A DNA stretch of 64,000 nt. Origin: Pelagomonas calceolata. Lineage: Eukaryota. Shown here in pieces: positions 12,831 to 26,700 of this stretch. The DNA lies in NCBI GenBank assembly GCA_918797485.1, contig CAKKNE010000003.1, forward strand, positions 2,232,001-2,296,000, read 5' to 3'. The number at the start of each line of letters is the position of its first letter. Position 1 is the stretch's first letter. A model generated the notes under the pieces. The model did not search any database and was not told the DNA's origin. It saw nothing but the letters and a program-made list of their open reading frames with translations. Made by a program: the position numbers and the translations under genes.

Positions 12831-14087
12831 ATGAGCACGACGATGCAGATCCAGATCCCCGCGGGCACGGCCCCCAACGCCATCCTCCAGGTCCGCGCGC
12901 CGGACGGCCGCACGATCAAGGTCCGCGTCCCTCCGAACGTCCGGCCCGGCCAGCAGATGCGCATCGCGGTGCCGGCGGCGGACGTGGATCGGGCATCGGA
13001 GGCGGGAGACCGCGACGCGAGGCGGCGGCAACGGGAAGAGGCGGCGCGATACCGCGAGGCGGCGGCAGCGAGGGACAAGGCACAATCGAGGTCCGCGGCG
13101 GTGAAGGCGGCGGTGAAGGCCGCAAAGGTGCCGGCGAACCCGAGCCGCGGCCGCCTGCCCGTCGCCGGGTTGGTGGGGAAGTCCTTCGGGCTGTACCAAA
13201 AGGACCAAAAGGCGTGGCTCGCCCTCAGACTTGCCAGGTCGTTCGCGATCAAAAATGGCTCCTGGGCTGGTTGGGACACCGCGCGGTTCGTGGCCTTCGA
13301 CGCCGGCAAGAACCGCGTCGCGTTCCGCAACCCGGGCACGGAGCGCTGGCTCCGCGTGACGGCCGACGGCGTCACGGAGGCGCCGGCCCGTGGAAATTGG
13401 AACGCCACCTGGGGGTGGGAGCGGTTTGAGTTACACGAGCTCGCGGGCGGCGTCGGCCTGCGGAGCGCGAGCGGGCGCTGGCTGACGATCGAGGGGAAGC
13501 GGACGATTCAGCTCGAGCCGGGACCTGTGTGGAAATCAAAATTCTACGGGCTCGATGGCGTGGCGATGCCGGTTCATCACCACTCGACGGAACCACCGCG
13601 GCAGCGTCATCGCCGAGAAATGAGTTAGTGAAGAATTATCGGGTGCACCCGACACACTGGTTGATTTCCACACAGGCCGCTCGGGGCCTGGGACGCGGAC
13701 GAGCGCGCGGCGGCGCACGAGAAGAAGCTGTCGGAAGAGATGGAGCGGGCCGCGGCGGCGGACCGCGCCGAGGCGGAGCGCCGCGCGGCCGAGTTGCGGC
13801 GCTTCGCGGCCGCGGCGCAGGCGCCGGCGGCCACTCCGGAAGAGCCAGAGCCAGAGACGGTCGCGACCGATACTCCGGCGGGCGAGGCGTCGCGCGCGGA
13901 GGCCGTCGACGAGCCACCGACGACCGAGCGCATCGACTGCGACTCGCCGCGCGTCGACCTCGGCGGCGCGTCGGAGCTCTCGGCCCGGATCGACGCCCTC
14001 TTCCGCGTGCGGCGGAGCCCAGCGCTCGCGGCGCAGCTGAACAAGATCTACGAGCACCACGAATCGATCCCGAGGTATACTACTTAG
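12831..14087 (+). CDS. Hypothetical protein: N-terminal V/P/G-rich domain, fascin-like beta-trefoil segment and coiled coil; one GC-AG intron 13517-13675
   Basis: ORF 12831-13628 joins ORF 13740-14087 in frame after removing a TIR-bounded intron. The segment FRNPGTERWLRV...WERFEL...GLRSASGRWLT resembles fascin repeats. Confidence 0.65.
13517..13675 (+). mobile_element. Introner-type intron (15-bp perfect TIR, degenerate TSD, GC donor)
   Basis: CTGTGTGGAAATCAA at 13525 and TTGATTTCCACACAG ending 13675; flanks GCCGGGAC and GCCGCTCG. Confidence 0.85.
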
Positions 14088-14112
14088 CGTAACTTTTACA
14101 CAGGCTTTGGTC

Positions 14113-14816
14113 CTAGACGCCGATCAGCTCCTTGACGAAGTCGTCGAACTCCTCCTTCTGGATCATGCGGTCGCCTGCGTGGGAATCGAGCGGTGAGTCG
14201 GGTGCACTTCTACCCCACCAGCACGCCGTCGCCGCGGCCGTGCGGACACGGCCACCGCACCGTTGACGTCGATCTTGTCGATGAGGTCCAGGATCTCCGC
14301 GTCCGTCACGCCCAGGTCGGAGCACGTGTAGCGCACCATCATGAAGAACGTGTCGATGGACACCTCGCTCCCGACGCCAACTTTGTCGTCCTTCAGCCTC
14401 TCGCGGATGGCGCAGACCTTGGCCGGGTCCATCAAAGTGCCGGGCTGCTTCGCTTCTCTGCTTGTGATGAAGTCCTGGAACTCGGCAAACTGGATCTGGT
14501 CGTCGCCGTTCTCGTCGATCTTCGAGATGAGCTTCTTGAGAGCATCATCAGTCACGCCCAGGTCCGCGGCGGCCCGCTTGCACATGTAGAAGAAGGTGTC
14601 CGAGCTCACCACCGTCCCGACGCCACACGCGTCGGCCGAGAGCCGGTCCCGAATCAATTGCATCTGCTGGAGCGACATGTAGTCGCTCATGCCTTCGTAG
14701 CGGCTGATCTTGCTGACAAATGTCCGCTGCGGCGTCGTGGCGAGAGGCCGAGCACTGGCTGCACTGAGAGCAGGGGTCTGCGCGGCGCGCCTAGCGAGGG
14801 CGCGAGCTGCAAACAT
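14113..14816 (-). CDS. EF-hand calcium-binding protein with mitochondrial-type presequence; intron 14175-14260
   Basis: Loops DENGDDQIQFAEF and, after splicing, DVNGDRMIQKEEF; duplicated internal halves; R/A-rich N-terminus. Confidence 0.8.
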
Positions 14817-15173
14817 GGCGCGCGAGTCTTGATGAATCTATTGGTTGATTTCTATGAGTGTAACTCAGCCCGAGAGCAGAGGATGGCTATGCGATCTGGA
14901 GGCTCAGCTACTGCTTTTTTGCTAGTGCCTTACGGCCGCTAGCTTGACGGCTCAGCCGTATCTCCCGGCTTCTCTCGCACGAGTGCATGCTGGCGCACAA
15001 AACGACGGATCCGCCGCGGGCGCGATCGTGCGGGTTCAGACAGGGATGGGCCAGGCTAGCTTTTGTACGGCCATAGCGGTGCGAGCGGAGCACCAGGGCA
15101 CGCACAAGTCCACGCAAGACCACCAGCTTTAACTACATTTCTTGACCGACAGAAGTTTCAAACCGCGACGGCC

Positions 15174-16229
15174 ATGGCAGCCATGGCAGCCAAGCCACTC
15201 GCCCGCCGCAGCACAGCCTTCGGCGTCTCCGACGTCATCATCGGCACGAGCCCCCTGGGCGGCATCGGCACGTCCATAAGCGACGCCGCCGCGGCAGCGA
15301 TCGTCGAAAAATGCGTCGCCACGGGCTTCCGGGACTTCGACACGGCACCTCTGTACGGCTTAGGCAAGGCCGAGGAACGGCTAGGCGAAGGTTTAAGGAG
15401 ATCCGGCAAAGCAGCACAATGCCGCGTCTGGACGAAAGTAGGGAGACTCATCCGGACGACGGAGAACGTGGCGGATCCCGACGACGTCGAGGAGGCCAAC
15501 GTGCCCGGAAAAGGCATCTATCTCGATTCGCCGAAGGACGCGCGGCCCGTGCAGGACTACTCGTGGAACGGCGCGTTCTTGTCGTATGACGACTCCGTGA
15601 GACGATTGGGTGAAAATATTAAAATTTGCGGGCTGCGGTGCCACGACCCCGAGACGAAGCTGCTCGAGTCCCTCGCGGTCTGTACGGGCGGCAGTCTGGA
15701 GGGGCTGAGCGCGCTGCGGCAGCGCCACGGCACGGAGGTATCCATAGGCTTAAATGATGCGGACGTCGCATTACGATTGCTGCAGGCCGTCCAAAGCGGG
15801 ACGCAGGCACTTAGAGTGGACTCGGTCATGCTCGCGGGGCGATGGCATCTCCTCGACCAGACGGGCGCGGAGGTCTTCAGGTATTGTGCGGAGCACTCGA
15901 TAGCAGTACACGTCGCCGGCGTCTACGCGTCCGGTTTGCTCGCGGGCGGCGCGTTGTATGAATATCGGAAACCGTCGATGGCCGAAAAGAAGCGGCTGCA
16001 GTCCTGGGCGGCGCTCTGCGCCGAGCACGCCGTATCCCTCAAAGCGGCGGCGCTGGCCTTCGCCTTCCTGCCGGCCTGTGTTTCGAAAGTCGCGGTCGGC
16101 CTCGCGGCGGCGCCGCTCGTCGCGGAGACGGTCGCGCTGCTCGCGGAAGCGAAGGCGGTTCCCTTGGAGTTGTGGAGGGATGCTGTCGCGAAGGGGCTGC
16201 TGCCGGAGGGGCTTGTCGAGGGGTTGTAA
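15174..16229 (+). CDS. Aldo/keto reductase (D-threo-aldose/L-fucose dehydrogenase-like)
   Basis: Motifs GTSPLG, FDTAPLYGLG.AE.RLG, TKVGR, LAGRWHLLDQ, GVYASGLL. Confidence 0.85.
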   Translation: MAAMAAKPLARRSTAFGVSDVIIGTSPLGGIGTSISDAAAAAIVEKCVATGFRDFDTAPLYGLGKAEERLGEGLRRSGKAAQCRVWTKVGRLIRTTENVADPDDVEEANVPGKGIYLDSPKDARPVQDYSWNGAFLSYDDSVRRLGENIKICGLRCHDPETKLLESLAVCTGGSLEGLSALRQRHGTEVSIGLNDADVALRLLQAVQSGTQALRVDSVMLAGRWHLLDQTGAEVFRYCAEHSIAVHVAGVYASGLLAGGALYEYRKPSMAEKKRLQSWAALCAEHAVSLKAAALAFAFLPACVSKVAVGLAAAPLVAETVALLAEAKAVPLELWRDAVAKGLLPEGLVEGL

Positions 16230-16614
16230 GTTTTTTCAAGTTTCACGTCGAGTTCGCGTGCGGGCGTCCGGCGGCGCGCGGTGCGTGTTTCGTTGAATGA
16301 AATGCCTTTCAATCGGTGCCACGCGGTCTCTTGAGTGCGAGAACCGTCTGTAGCGATGAAAGTAATTCCCTATTCCCCCAACGGATATATCTGAGGTTAT
16401 TATGTGACTTCTACACGAAGCGCCCCAAATTGCGGATTGCTCGGCTGCTGTGCATTCCAAGGTGGTGACAGCGCTCGACGAGTGACTCACAGTGCTGGCG
16501 CGCCCTGCACTGCAGCTCACGCAGCCAAAATCAGAGTAATAGCAGAGATAATTGCCTGAGAGCAAATCGCACTCAGCACCCAAATCACTGCTAAAGCAAG
16601 CCAAAGTTGCAAAA

Positions 16615-19023
16615 ATGTCCCACAGCCATGGACACGCGCATAGCGTCGACCACGCGCATAGCACGCACGAGCAAAAAAGTCAAGACGCGGACCTGCTCGA
16701 AGCCGTCAAGGCCGCGGCCGAGTCCATGAAGGCGTCTGGCAAAAGCCCATTGCCCGTAACTGTCTTGAGCGGCTTCCTCGGAGCCGGCAAGACGACGTTG
16801 ATGACGCAAAAGCCTGCGCAGAAATTCGTTGTTGCACGGCGCCCTCGAATCATCGCATCGACCGCACAGGCACGTCCTCAACAACCGCGAGGGCCTGAAG
16901 GTAGCCGTCATCGTGAACGACATGGCCGACGTGAACGTCGACGCAAACCTGCTCACGGACGTCGTTCAAGCGGAGGAGAAGATGGTCGCTTTATCCAACG
17001 GCTGCATCTGCTGCACGCTTCGCGAAGATTTATTCGTCGAGATCGCGAAGTTAGCGTCCAAGCCCGACGGCTTGGATCATATCTTGATCGAGTCGTCCGG
17101 CATCTCGGAGCCGCTCCCCGTCGCGGAGACGTTCACGTTCAAGGACGCGGCCGGGACCTCGCTAGGTTCGATCGCGAAGCTCGATACGCTCGCGCGGCGC
17201 GGCGTCCGAGGCGCCTTCATGATCGTCGCGGCCGACACGCAATCGCCGCCGATCGAGACACGATGCCCCGCGCAGGTGACCGTGGTCGACGGCTCTTCCT
17301 TCATGGACGAGCTCATGGCCGGCGGCGCCCTCAAAGACCGCGGCTGGCAAGCGCAACCGGAAGACCAGCGCACGATCGCGCAGCTCTTTTGTGACCAAGT
17401 GGAGTTTGCGAATGTCATCGTCGTGAACAAGTGCGATTTACTGGACGACGCCGGCCGAAGCCAGCTCCACGCCTTCCTGAAGCGCGCGAACCCAAAGGCC
17501 AAGGTCGTGGAGTCGACCTACGGCCGCGTCGACCCCAAGCAGTCCTACGCCGCGTCCTTGTTGCGTCGATGGCGAGGAGGAGGACGCAGTCGCCGCGACT
17601 CACATTATCACGCGCAGGTTGCTCGGCACGAACTTGTTTTCTCTCACACAAGCGGAGCAACATCCCGATTGGTTGAAAGAAGCAAGAATCGGCGAACACA
17701 CCGCGGAGACGGAGGAGTACGGCATCTCGTCGATCGTCTTCCGGAGCCGCAAGCCGCTGGACGCCGGGCGCCTCTCAATGTTCTTTCACGCGTCTGTCTC
17801 GGCGTTCGTGATCTCGACGCAATCAATGCGGGCTCACCGGTCGCTTCCCACGCAGACACACGCGCGACGGCCTCGAGGGCCTCGACCTGCCGCGCCTCGT
17901 TCCCGTGATGGCCCAGGCGCGCGTCGTGCGGGCCAAGGGCCTCGTGTGGCTCAGCACGCAACAATCGCACTGGCAGCAGGGCATGGCGTCGCTGGCCGGC
18001 CGCCGGTTCCAAGTGGCCTTCGGCAACCCATGGGCGGCCGTCGTCCGCAAGCCCGGCCAGGAACTGACCGAGGCGTTGTCCGCGATCTGGGAAGAACCGT
18101 ACGGCGACCGCCGTACCGAGCTAGTTGTTATTGGGCAAGAAATGGACCACGCCTCCGTCCATAAGGCGCTCGAGGCTTGCGTGGCGGACCCGTGTAGAAG
18201 TGAACTTCGGCCGACGATGGGGTTTCTGCCGACGTGCGAGCTCGCCCGGTTCACTGGTTGACGACGTAGGTCGCCACCGACGCCGAGCTCGAGAAGTACT
18301 CGGAGCAAGCCAAGCAAAACGAGACGGCCGAGCAGATCTTGCAGGCCGGGCAGCAAGCAACTGATCAAATGAAGGCGGTGCTCACGTCGGCGCCCAAGGC
18401 CACGGAGGTCGCATCCGCCCACAAGGCCATCGCGGTCTTCGACGGCGTCCAGGGCGAGGGCGAGGGCTTGGCGGCGTTCAAGTTGGAGAACGCGACCGCG
18501 AAGTTCAAGATCGTGCGCTACCTACGATATGCCCATTTGATACCTGCCATAGCCTGCGGCCTCGTCAAGGAGTTCTCGATTCCGGTCGGCGGCAATGCCG
18601 ACGAGCAGACGGCGTTGCTGGCCTTTTCCACGAGCGGTGGGGCCCTCTCAGAAGTCGTGGCGTCCTTAACAGAAGGCGATCGCGTCGAGCTCGAGTGGCT
18701 CCAGATCAAGATTGAGATGGTCGCCGCGGCGTGCTTAATCATCGCCTTACGCCATCGATGCGACGCCTGCTCCATTGAGGAATGCCCACTAATCGATTTG
18801 CACGCAGGACACGGACATCGAAGAACACAAGTTCGGCATGGTCGAGCAGTGCCAGAAGTTGCTCAAGCTCGACGCCGCGACGGAGGAGGCCCTCGTGAAG
18901 CAGTACCCGCAGCCCGAGTTGTTGCTGCCCAAAGTCGCGCCCAAGGCCAAAGGTGAGGAGAAGGCCGCACTCGAGGCCAAATTCGGCAAAAAAAAGAAGC
19001 GTGGTAAGAAGGGCCGCGCCTGA
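16615..19023 (+). CDS. CobW/COG0523 (ZNG1-like) G3E GTPase metallochaperone with His-rich N-terminus, CobW_C domain and extra C-terminal domain; 6 introns
   Basis: Motifs VTVLSGFLGAGKTT, VIVND, SNGCICCTLR, IESSGISEP, DQVEFA..IVVNKCD, R.KG..W, GDRRTELVVIG. Introns 16806-16869 (GC), 17192-17275 (GC), 17542-17617, ~17780/17792-17855 (donor uncertain), 18181-18269 and 18720-18807. Confidence 0.88.
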
Positions 19024-19124
19024 GATCCTCCCCCGTGTAACTATCCGTGAATCGTGACGCCGTCGACGAGTGAGGAGCAGATTTACACTGTAGTTACGCG
19101 AGTGGGCAGAGGGGTCACAAGCAT

Positions 19125-20324
<1,200 letters not shown>

Positions 20325-21013
20325 TTAGCGCGTCGACGGCGTCTCGGTGTGTTTTTTTGCTGCGAGAGGTTCGCTGGCGGCGGGCGCGTCTTGGGAGTTT
20401 TCAATTTGTGAGCACCGCTCGAAAAATTCGAGCCGGCCATTCCATAGCGCAGCGATGCGCGGCACCGCTGGCCAAGCGCGCCGCCGGCGAGCAATCGCAA
20501 GCGCTGATGCAAGGCCCAGGTGCCGCGCGGCAACTTCAGGCAGGTATGAGACCGCCGCAGCACCGAATTTGCTGGGATAGCTCTTGATGGTGATGCGCGT
20601 TGGCCAACGAAGTGCCGACGATGTTGCAAAGACGCCGCGGGCACGGTTTTTGCTTATCCAAGCGTGTCCTTGTCACACCACCACTCTCCAAATTTGCAGG
20701 CGAGGGCTGCCCGAGCACCCGTGAAACGGCAGTAACTGACGTTTCCCGTACGGCTAGAGGCGTCTGGTACGTGATCAGCGGGCACGAAACTAAATTCGGG
20801 GTTGGCGTCGCGGCGGCCGCGGGCGCCGGCCAAGCGCTAAGGTCAATGCCCCGCGGGGTAAGAACCTGTCACGGCCAGGGAGATGCCAGCTCCAGAGGCG
20901 TCGGTACCCCGCAACGCCAGCCGTCGCGACCCCTCGCGCGTCGGAGAGCGCCGCACTACGAGTCGTCTACGAGATTCATTTAATCGGGGAGAGAGGGAGA
21001 GAGAACAGCAACT

Positions 21014-22063
21014 CTACGACTTGCGCTCGACGATGTACTTCGCGATCGCGATCAAGGGAATCGCCGCCTCGCCGTACGGCACGACCGAATCGATGGCCTC
21101 CTGGTACAACCGTTCCGCCTCGGCCCGCGCGCCGTCCAAGCCCATGAGCTTCGGGTAGGTCGTCTTGTCCGCGTCCAAATCTTTCCCTGCCGTTTTGCCC
21201 AGAGCTTCGGACGTAGCCGTAACATCGAGGATGTCGTCGGCCACCTGGAACGCGATGCCGATGTCGTTCGCGAAGGTCTCGCACTGCTTCACGTCCCGAG
21301 GATTCGCGCCACCGAGCAGAGCACCAGTAGCGACAGACACTTCCAACAGTTTCGCGGTTTTGTGCGTGTGAATCCAAGTCAATTCATCCAACGTGACGCC
21401 CTGCTTGGCCTCGCATTCGAGGTCCATGACCTGGCCACCGGCCAAGCCGACCGCACCCACCGCCTCGCCCAGCCGGCGGATGCACTCGACGATCACCTTG
21501 GGCTCGACGCCGGCCTTCGTAGACCCATCAGCGCAGTGCTCGAACGACGTTGACAAGAGAGCATCACCGGCGAGAATCGCGACGTCATCACCAAACACGA
21601 CGTGGTTCGTCGGCGACCCTCTCCTCAAATCATCATCATCCATGGCCGGGAGGTCGTCATGAATAAGCGACATCGTGTGAATCATTTCGATGGCGACTGC
21701 GGTCGGCATCGCAGTAGCCTCAGAACCGCCGAACATCTCGCAGGCGGCGATGGTCATGACCGGGCGCACGCGCTTGCCTCCGGCCAGTAATGAATATCTC
21801 ATGGACTCCACAATTTTTTTGGTCTCGGGCGTCGTGCACTGGATGGACGCGTCCAACGCCTTCTCGACGGCCTGGACCTTCTTGGCGAAGTAGCCCTGCA
21901 AATCGAAGGCCTCGGCGGCCGCTACCAAAGTGTCTTTGGAGCTCACACTGGACGGGATAGGCTCCGAGACCACGGCGCGCGCGGTGACAGGTCGTCGCGT
22001 TTGCTGCGTCGGCGGCGCGACGAGGGCGGCCGCGGACACGGCGAATGCTAAGACACGAGCCAT
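21014..22063 (-). CDS. GGPPS: Geranylgeranyl diphosphate synthase, probably plastid-targeted
   Basis: GGKRVRP, SLIHDDLPAMDDDDLRRG (FARM), GQVMDL, FQVADDILD (SARM), GKTAGKD, KTTYP; signal-peptide-like start MARVLAFAVSAAAL. Confidence 0.93.
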   Translation of the reverse strand: MARVLAFAVSAAALVAPPTQQTRRPVTARAVVSEPIPSSVSSKDTLVAAAEAFDLQGYFAKKVQAVEKALDASIQCTTPETKKIVESMRYSLLAGGKRVRPVMTIAACEMFGGSEATAMPTAVAIEMIHTMSLIHDDLPAMDDDDLRRGSPTNHVVFGDDVAILAGDALLSTSFEHCADGSTKAGVEPKVIVECIRRLGEAVGAVGLAGGQVMDLECEAKQGVTLDELTWIHTHKTAKLLEVSVATGALLGGANPRDVKQCETFANDIGIAFQVADDILDVTATSEALGKTAGKDLDADKTTYPKLMGLDGARAEAERLYQEAIDSVVPYGEAAIPLIAIAKYIVERKS

Positions 22064-22516
22064 TTTGTCGCTGGGTCGCTTGGTCGCTGGGAGAGCAAGT
22101 GTATCCTGTTTTGGGCTGTAGCGTTTCGTACAAGCCCCCACGAGTCCTGGTTTTCGCTTCGCGCTGTGCTGCTATCTGATAGAGCACCGAAGACGGAGCG
22201 AATGTGCTGTGCAGATATGTATGTGCGGAGCAGCCTGGGTCGAGCCGCCGTGCGTCGTGTACTCAAGCACGGCATCCTACTAGTCTCACGTCAACTTTCG
22301 GAACTATGAAGGGCGCCATATCACCACATCCAGCCGTTTTTCACCCGCCCTTGCAAAAGAAACGCCTTCCGGGTCTGGTTGTGCGTTCGTGCGGACCGCG
22401 GAGCCGCCGCGGGTCTGCGAGAGACTACTCAACAACAAATTAACAAGGGCCACCCCTCGACGCCATCGAGACGCGACGTCTCCTCGACGGCGGCGCGGCG
22501 GGAGGGACGAGCACGA

Positions 22517-23257
22517 TCACAGGGCCACCTCCCGCACCGGATGCGGCACCCTCTTGAACGGCAGCCGCCGCTCGCCCCGCGCCGGCCCGGTCCGGTACGC
22601 GAGCAGGCACGGCTCACAGAGGTCCAGGTCGGCGCCGCCCGGCGCGGGACGCGTGTAGCGCACGCCGCGGATCGGACTCGCCTTGCAGTGGCCGCACGTC
22701 GTCCCCACGTGCACGTCCGAGGACTCGTCGAAGACTTTGACCGCGACGCTCTCGCCCGCGGCCGCGGCCTCGAAGACGCCCGGCGACGCCACCACTATTC
22801 CTGAGCTCGATACGTTCAGGAAATGCCGTCGGCGCTTCGTCGCATCGGCGGCTTCATCATCGCTATCATCTCGCTGTCGCTTCGCGGGCCGCGTTTCTGT
22901 GCGAAACGCAATCGCGCGTGCGCTCGCGGCCGCACGCAACGCGGCGAAGAGCGCCTCCTCACTGTCGATTTTGGTCTCTTCGCCATCAACTGTCACGTAA
23001 AGCGCTGCGCTCACGCTGAGCGCTGCGAGTTTTGAAAGCAGCACGTCGGTGTCGTCATCAGTAGTGGCGACGCCGTCCAATGTGCAGATGCGCAGCGACG
23101 CAACCAGCGTGTCGTCTGCCAGCGCTGACGCTTTGGCTGCGTTAATGGCACCGCTGACGAGCTTTCGCGCAGCGCTTTTCGCGACGGCGTCATCGATGAG
23201 CGGTTCGCCGGGCGCCGGATGGTCCGTCTCTGGAGCAGCCTCTGCAGCCTCTGCCAT
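22517..23257 (-). CDS. Protein with PB1-like segment and degenerate ZZ-type zinc finger
   Basis: HVGTTCGHCKASPIRGVRY...DLCEPC is ZZ-like; LYVTVDGEETKIDSEEALFAAL resembles the PB1 OPCA motif. The 3' end may be spliced. Confidence 0.6.
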   Translation of the reverse strand: MAEAAEAAPETDHPAPGEPLIDDAVAKSAARKLVSGAINAAKASALADDTLVASLRICTLDGVATTDDDTDVLLSKLAALSVSAALYVTVDGEETKIDSEEALFAALRAAASARAIAFRTETRPAKRQRDDSDDEAADATKRRRHFLNVSSSGIVVASPGVFEAAAAGESVAVKVFDESSDVHVGTTCGHCKASPIRGVRYTRPAPGGADLDLCEPCLLAYRTGPARGERRLPFKRVPHPVREVAL

Positions 23258-23789
23258 TTTTGTGGGCTACCCAGCGATCGCGACCACAGCGCTCGGAAAA
23301 TGGCTTGCAGCGGTGCTGTGAGCTGCCTGCCAGCCTCCAACTCGCGTCGCCTGCACCGCTCGGCGTGCAGCTCGTCGCGCTGCTGCAGCTGAGATGCGCC
23401 GGCCTGCCATTTTTGCATGCGAACCTGCATAGGAAGTCTCCGGAGCACTGCTGGAACCACACAAGGACGCATGAAGCCTCCTCGCGAGGACACCTTATCC
23501 TCATGCACAACCAGGGGCAGAGCGCCCCGGTCCTCCTCGCCGCGCCTGCTGCCGCACCGCTGCGACCGCGCAGAGCCCCGTAAACTGATAAAAGGTAGCT
23601 GACAGCGAACGCGGTCATTTCCAGCCGTCGATTGCGTGCGCCGCCGTTCGGAGAGGCTCTCTGAAGGCACTCAAATTAGCAGGCGGCCGCAGCGGCACCG
23701 AACCGCACACGGAAGCGCAAAAAACCAGCAGCGCTCGCAAGCACTCGTCAAACGACGCGAACGCAAAGCGCGGTGCAACAAAGGAAAAC

Positions 23790-26700
23790 ATGGCCGAAAC
23801 CTCGCCGCGCACGACGAGCAAGCGCGCGAGAAAGGCCCCCAAGAAGATGAGCGACGCCGCGGACGAGGACGACCTCGACGCCGTCGAAGAGGTTGAGCTG
23901 CAGGAGGCGATCGCTGCCTCCCAGGCCGAGGCGCCGCCGCCCGAGGCGCCGAAGCCGAAACCGGAAATCGAGGAGGGCAAGTTCTACAAGCGAGAATTAC
24001 CGGAGCAGTGCGTCGCCTTCGCCTCGCGAGAAGGCCGCGCCTTCTTCGAGTCCGCTCTTAAATCAGGCGGCCTCGAGGGCTTCTTCGATCTGATCGCGCA
24101 GTTCCATACCCAGAACGAGCCGGCCTACTGCGGTCTCGCGACGCTCACGATGGCGCTCAACTCCCTGAAAGTCGACCCGGGCCGGCCGTGGAAGGGGGTG
24201 TGGCGGTGGTACGACGAAAGTTTGTTAGATTGCTGCAAGGATTTGAGGGAGGTGCAGTTGGACGGGATTTCGTTGGAAGAGTTCGTGTGTCTCGCGGTGT
24301 GCAACGGCCTGTCTTGTGACACGCGGCGGGCCCATGTTGCTGGAGAGGACGTCGAGATCTGTGTGGAAATCAAGCAGTGAGTTAGGTTATCACGCCATCG
24401 AGCCGACACGGTCACGGGGACAACGTCGCGTCGATGGCGTAGAAGTCGAGCAGATGCAGTTATGGGGACGACGTCGCGTCGATGGCGTGGGGCGCCCGAA
24501 ATTTGATTTCCACACAGGTCGAGATGGCTCCAACCACCACGTCAGTGAAGACGTGCGCCAACGTGTCCGACGGCTGCCACGCGTCGATCACTTCCGGTAG
24601 TTTGGATGATTTACGAGCAGCAGTCAAGCACGCGTGCGGCCGGAGCGACGTGGTATTAGCGGCCTCCTACTCGCGCAAGACGCTGGGCCAGACGGGCGAC
24701 GGCCACTTCTCGCCCGTCGGCGGCTACGACGCTTCCACAGATCAGGTCTTGTTGCTGGACGTGGCCCGGTTCAAGTACCCGCCGCACTGGGTACCTTTAC
24801 CGGTACTCTACGAGGCGATGCAGCGCAAGGACCCGAAGACGCTGCAGGTCCGGGGCTGGTGCTTACTAAGCGCCACCTCCTCCACGGAGGGAGAAAGCGG
24901 CGACCTCCGGGCCGCGTCGGCCATCCTCAACACCATCACCGGCGGCAAGGCCTCGAAGCACACGGACCTGCCCAAGCCCGGCCGCAAGCCGTCGGCCAAG
25001 AAGGGCGACGCTCCTAAAAAGCCCGCCGCGCGCAAGCCCGCGACGACGAGGAAGCGCAAGGCCGCGCCGGACGTGACGCAGTGCGGTCTTGGCGCGGCGT
25101 CCGTCATTTGAACCCATCACACGAACGGCGTCGGGGCAATAACCGGTCGCTCGCCGGCACACAGACTGGTGCAAGGCCGCGGACCACTCGGCGCCCGGCC
25201 CCAAGGGCGCCGCCACGCTCTGCCCGGGCTGCGGCGACAAGTTTGCGAAAGGTGACGTGCCGCCCCAGAAGGACCCGGCGACGGGCAAGTTCCCGTGCCG
25301 CGTCGAGGGCTGCGGCGCCGAGTTCGACTCCGAGGGCGCGCTGCGGTCGCACCGGCGCCACGCTGTGCAGAAATCAACCGTGACTGCGTCTGCTCGATGG
25401 CGTGGAGGTTCACGAAGTTAACCTAACTCACACATAGGCGCCACTGCGACGGCGGCACGTGGCGCTGCGGCTGGTGCGGCGCGTCCTCGAAAGACAGCGG
25501 CCACCGCAAGAACCCCGGCCCGAAAGGTCCGGCGACGTTGTGTGGGCCGTGTGGTGGCCGATATAGACAAGGCGCCACGGGCCCGCCGAAGCGCGACGCC
25601 GAGGGGAATTTTCTCTGCGACTCGTGCGATGCGAAATTCCCGACAAACTCGGCGCTGTCCGGTCATCGGCGCTTTTGTGATGGAGGCAAGTGGAGCTGCG
25701 ACTGGTGCGGCTGCAAGAGACTAGAGACTTCTGGAAGAGCGCCGGGGCCGAAGGGGCCGGCTACTTTGTGTGCCGCTTGTGGCGGACGATTTCGAGGAGG
25801 CGCCAAAAGTGCGCCGTCGAAGTGCCCGGAGACGGGCAAGTTCAAGTGCGACGGCTGCGGTTCTCTGTTTGATTCGATAGGAGCATTATCCGGACATAGA
25901 CGGTTCTGCGACGGCGGTTCTTGGCGCTGCGACTGGTGCTCTTGTACGATTAGTGAAGCGGGCAACCGGAAGAACCCCGGGCCCAAGGGCCCCGCGACGT
26001 TGTGTGGTCCCTGCGGTGGGAGATACCGGGGCGGCGCCACGGGCCCACCCACGAGGAACGAGGCGGGCGGTTTCGTGTGCGATAGTTGTGGTAGGGTCCA
26101 CGAGACGCTGGGCGGCCTCGCGGCCCACAAGCGGTCCTGCGACGGGGGCAACTGGCGCTGCGGCTGGTGCGACGCGTCCCTGAGTGAAGTAGGAGGCAGG
26201 AGGAATCCGGGGCCGGACGGCCCTGCAACTCTATGTGGTCCTTGCGGTTCGAGGTGGCGCGCGGGCGCCACGGGACCTCCAACCAGAGACCACAAAGGTA
26301 GATACGTCTGCGACGACTGCGGTTCATTGCACGACACGATCGCTGGCCTCGCGGGACATAAACGGTTCTGTGAAAAAGGCCTCGAGAACTTAGTAGATCC
26401 CGACGACGATGTAGTTGATGTGCTAGGGTTCGATATAGAAGAAGGTTTAGCAGTAGGAGACAACGTCGAGGCCTACTGGGAGTCCGAACTGGAGGGCAAG
26501 GCCTGGCACCCCGCGCGCGTCCACAAGATCTACAAAGAGTCGTACGAGGTCGAGTGGGCCGCGGAGCCGAACGTCTTTGATAAGGTACCTGCCAAACATG
26601 TAAGACCGTTAGAAAGTGTGGTAGAAGGTGCTGATAAAGTAAGTGACGTGAGCGGCTCCATAAAGACGGAGGGGCTCGAAGAGTCGCATAAAGCCCTGGC

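Noticed and set aside
1821..18807. Exon lengths as multiples of a nucleosome repeat (173, 322, 325, 492, 504)
   Set aside because: Others (221, 266, 592, 733) do not fit, and the sample is too small to support the claim.
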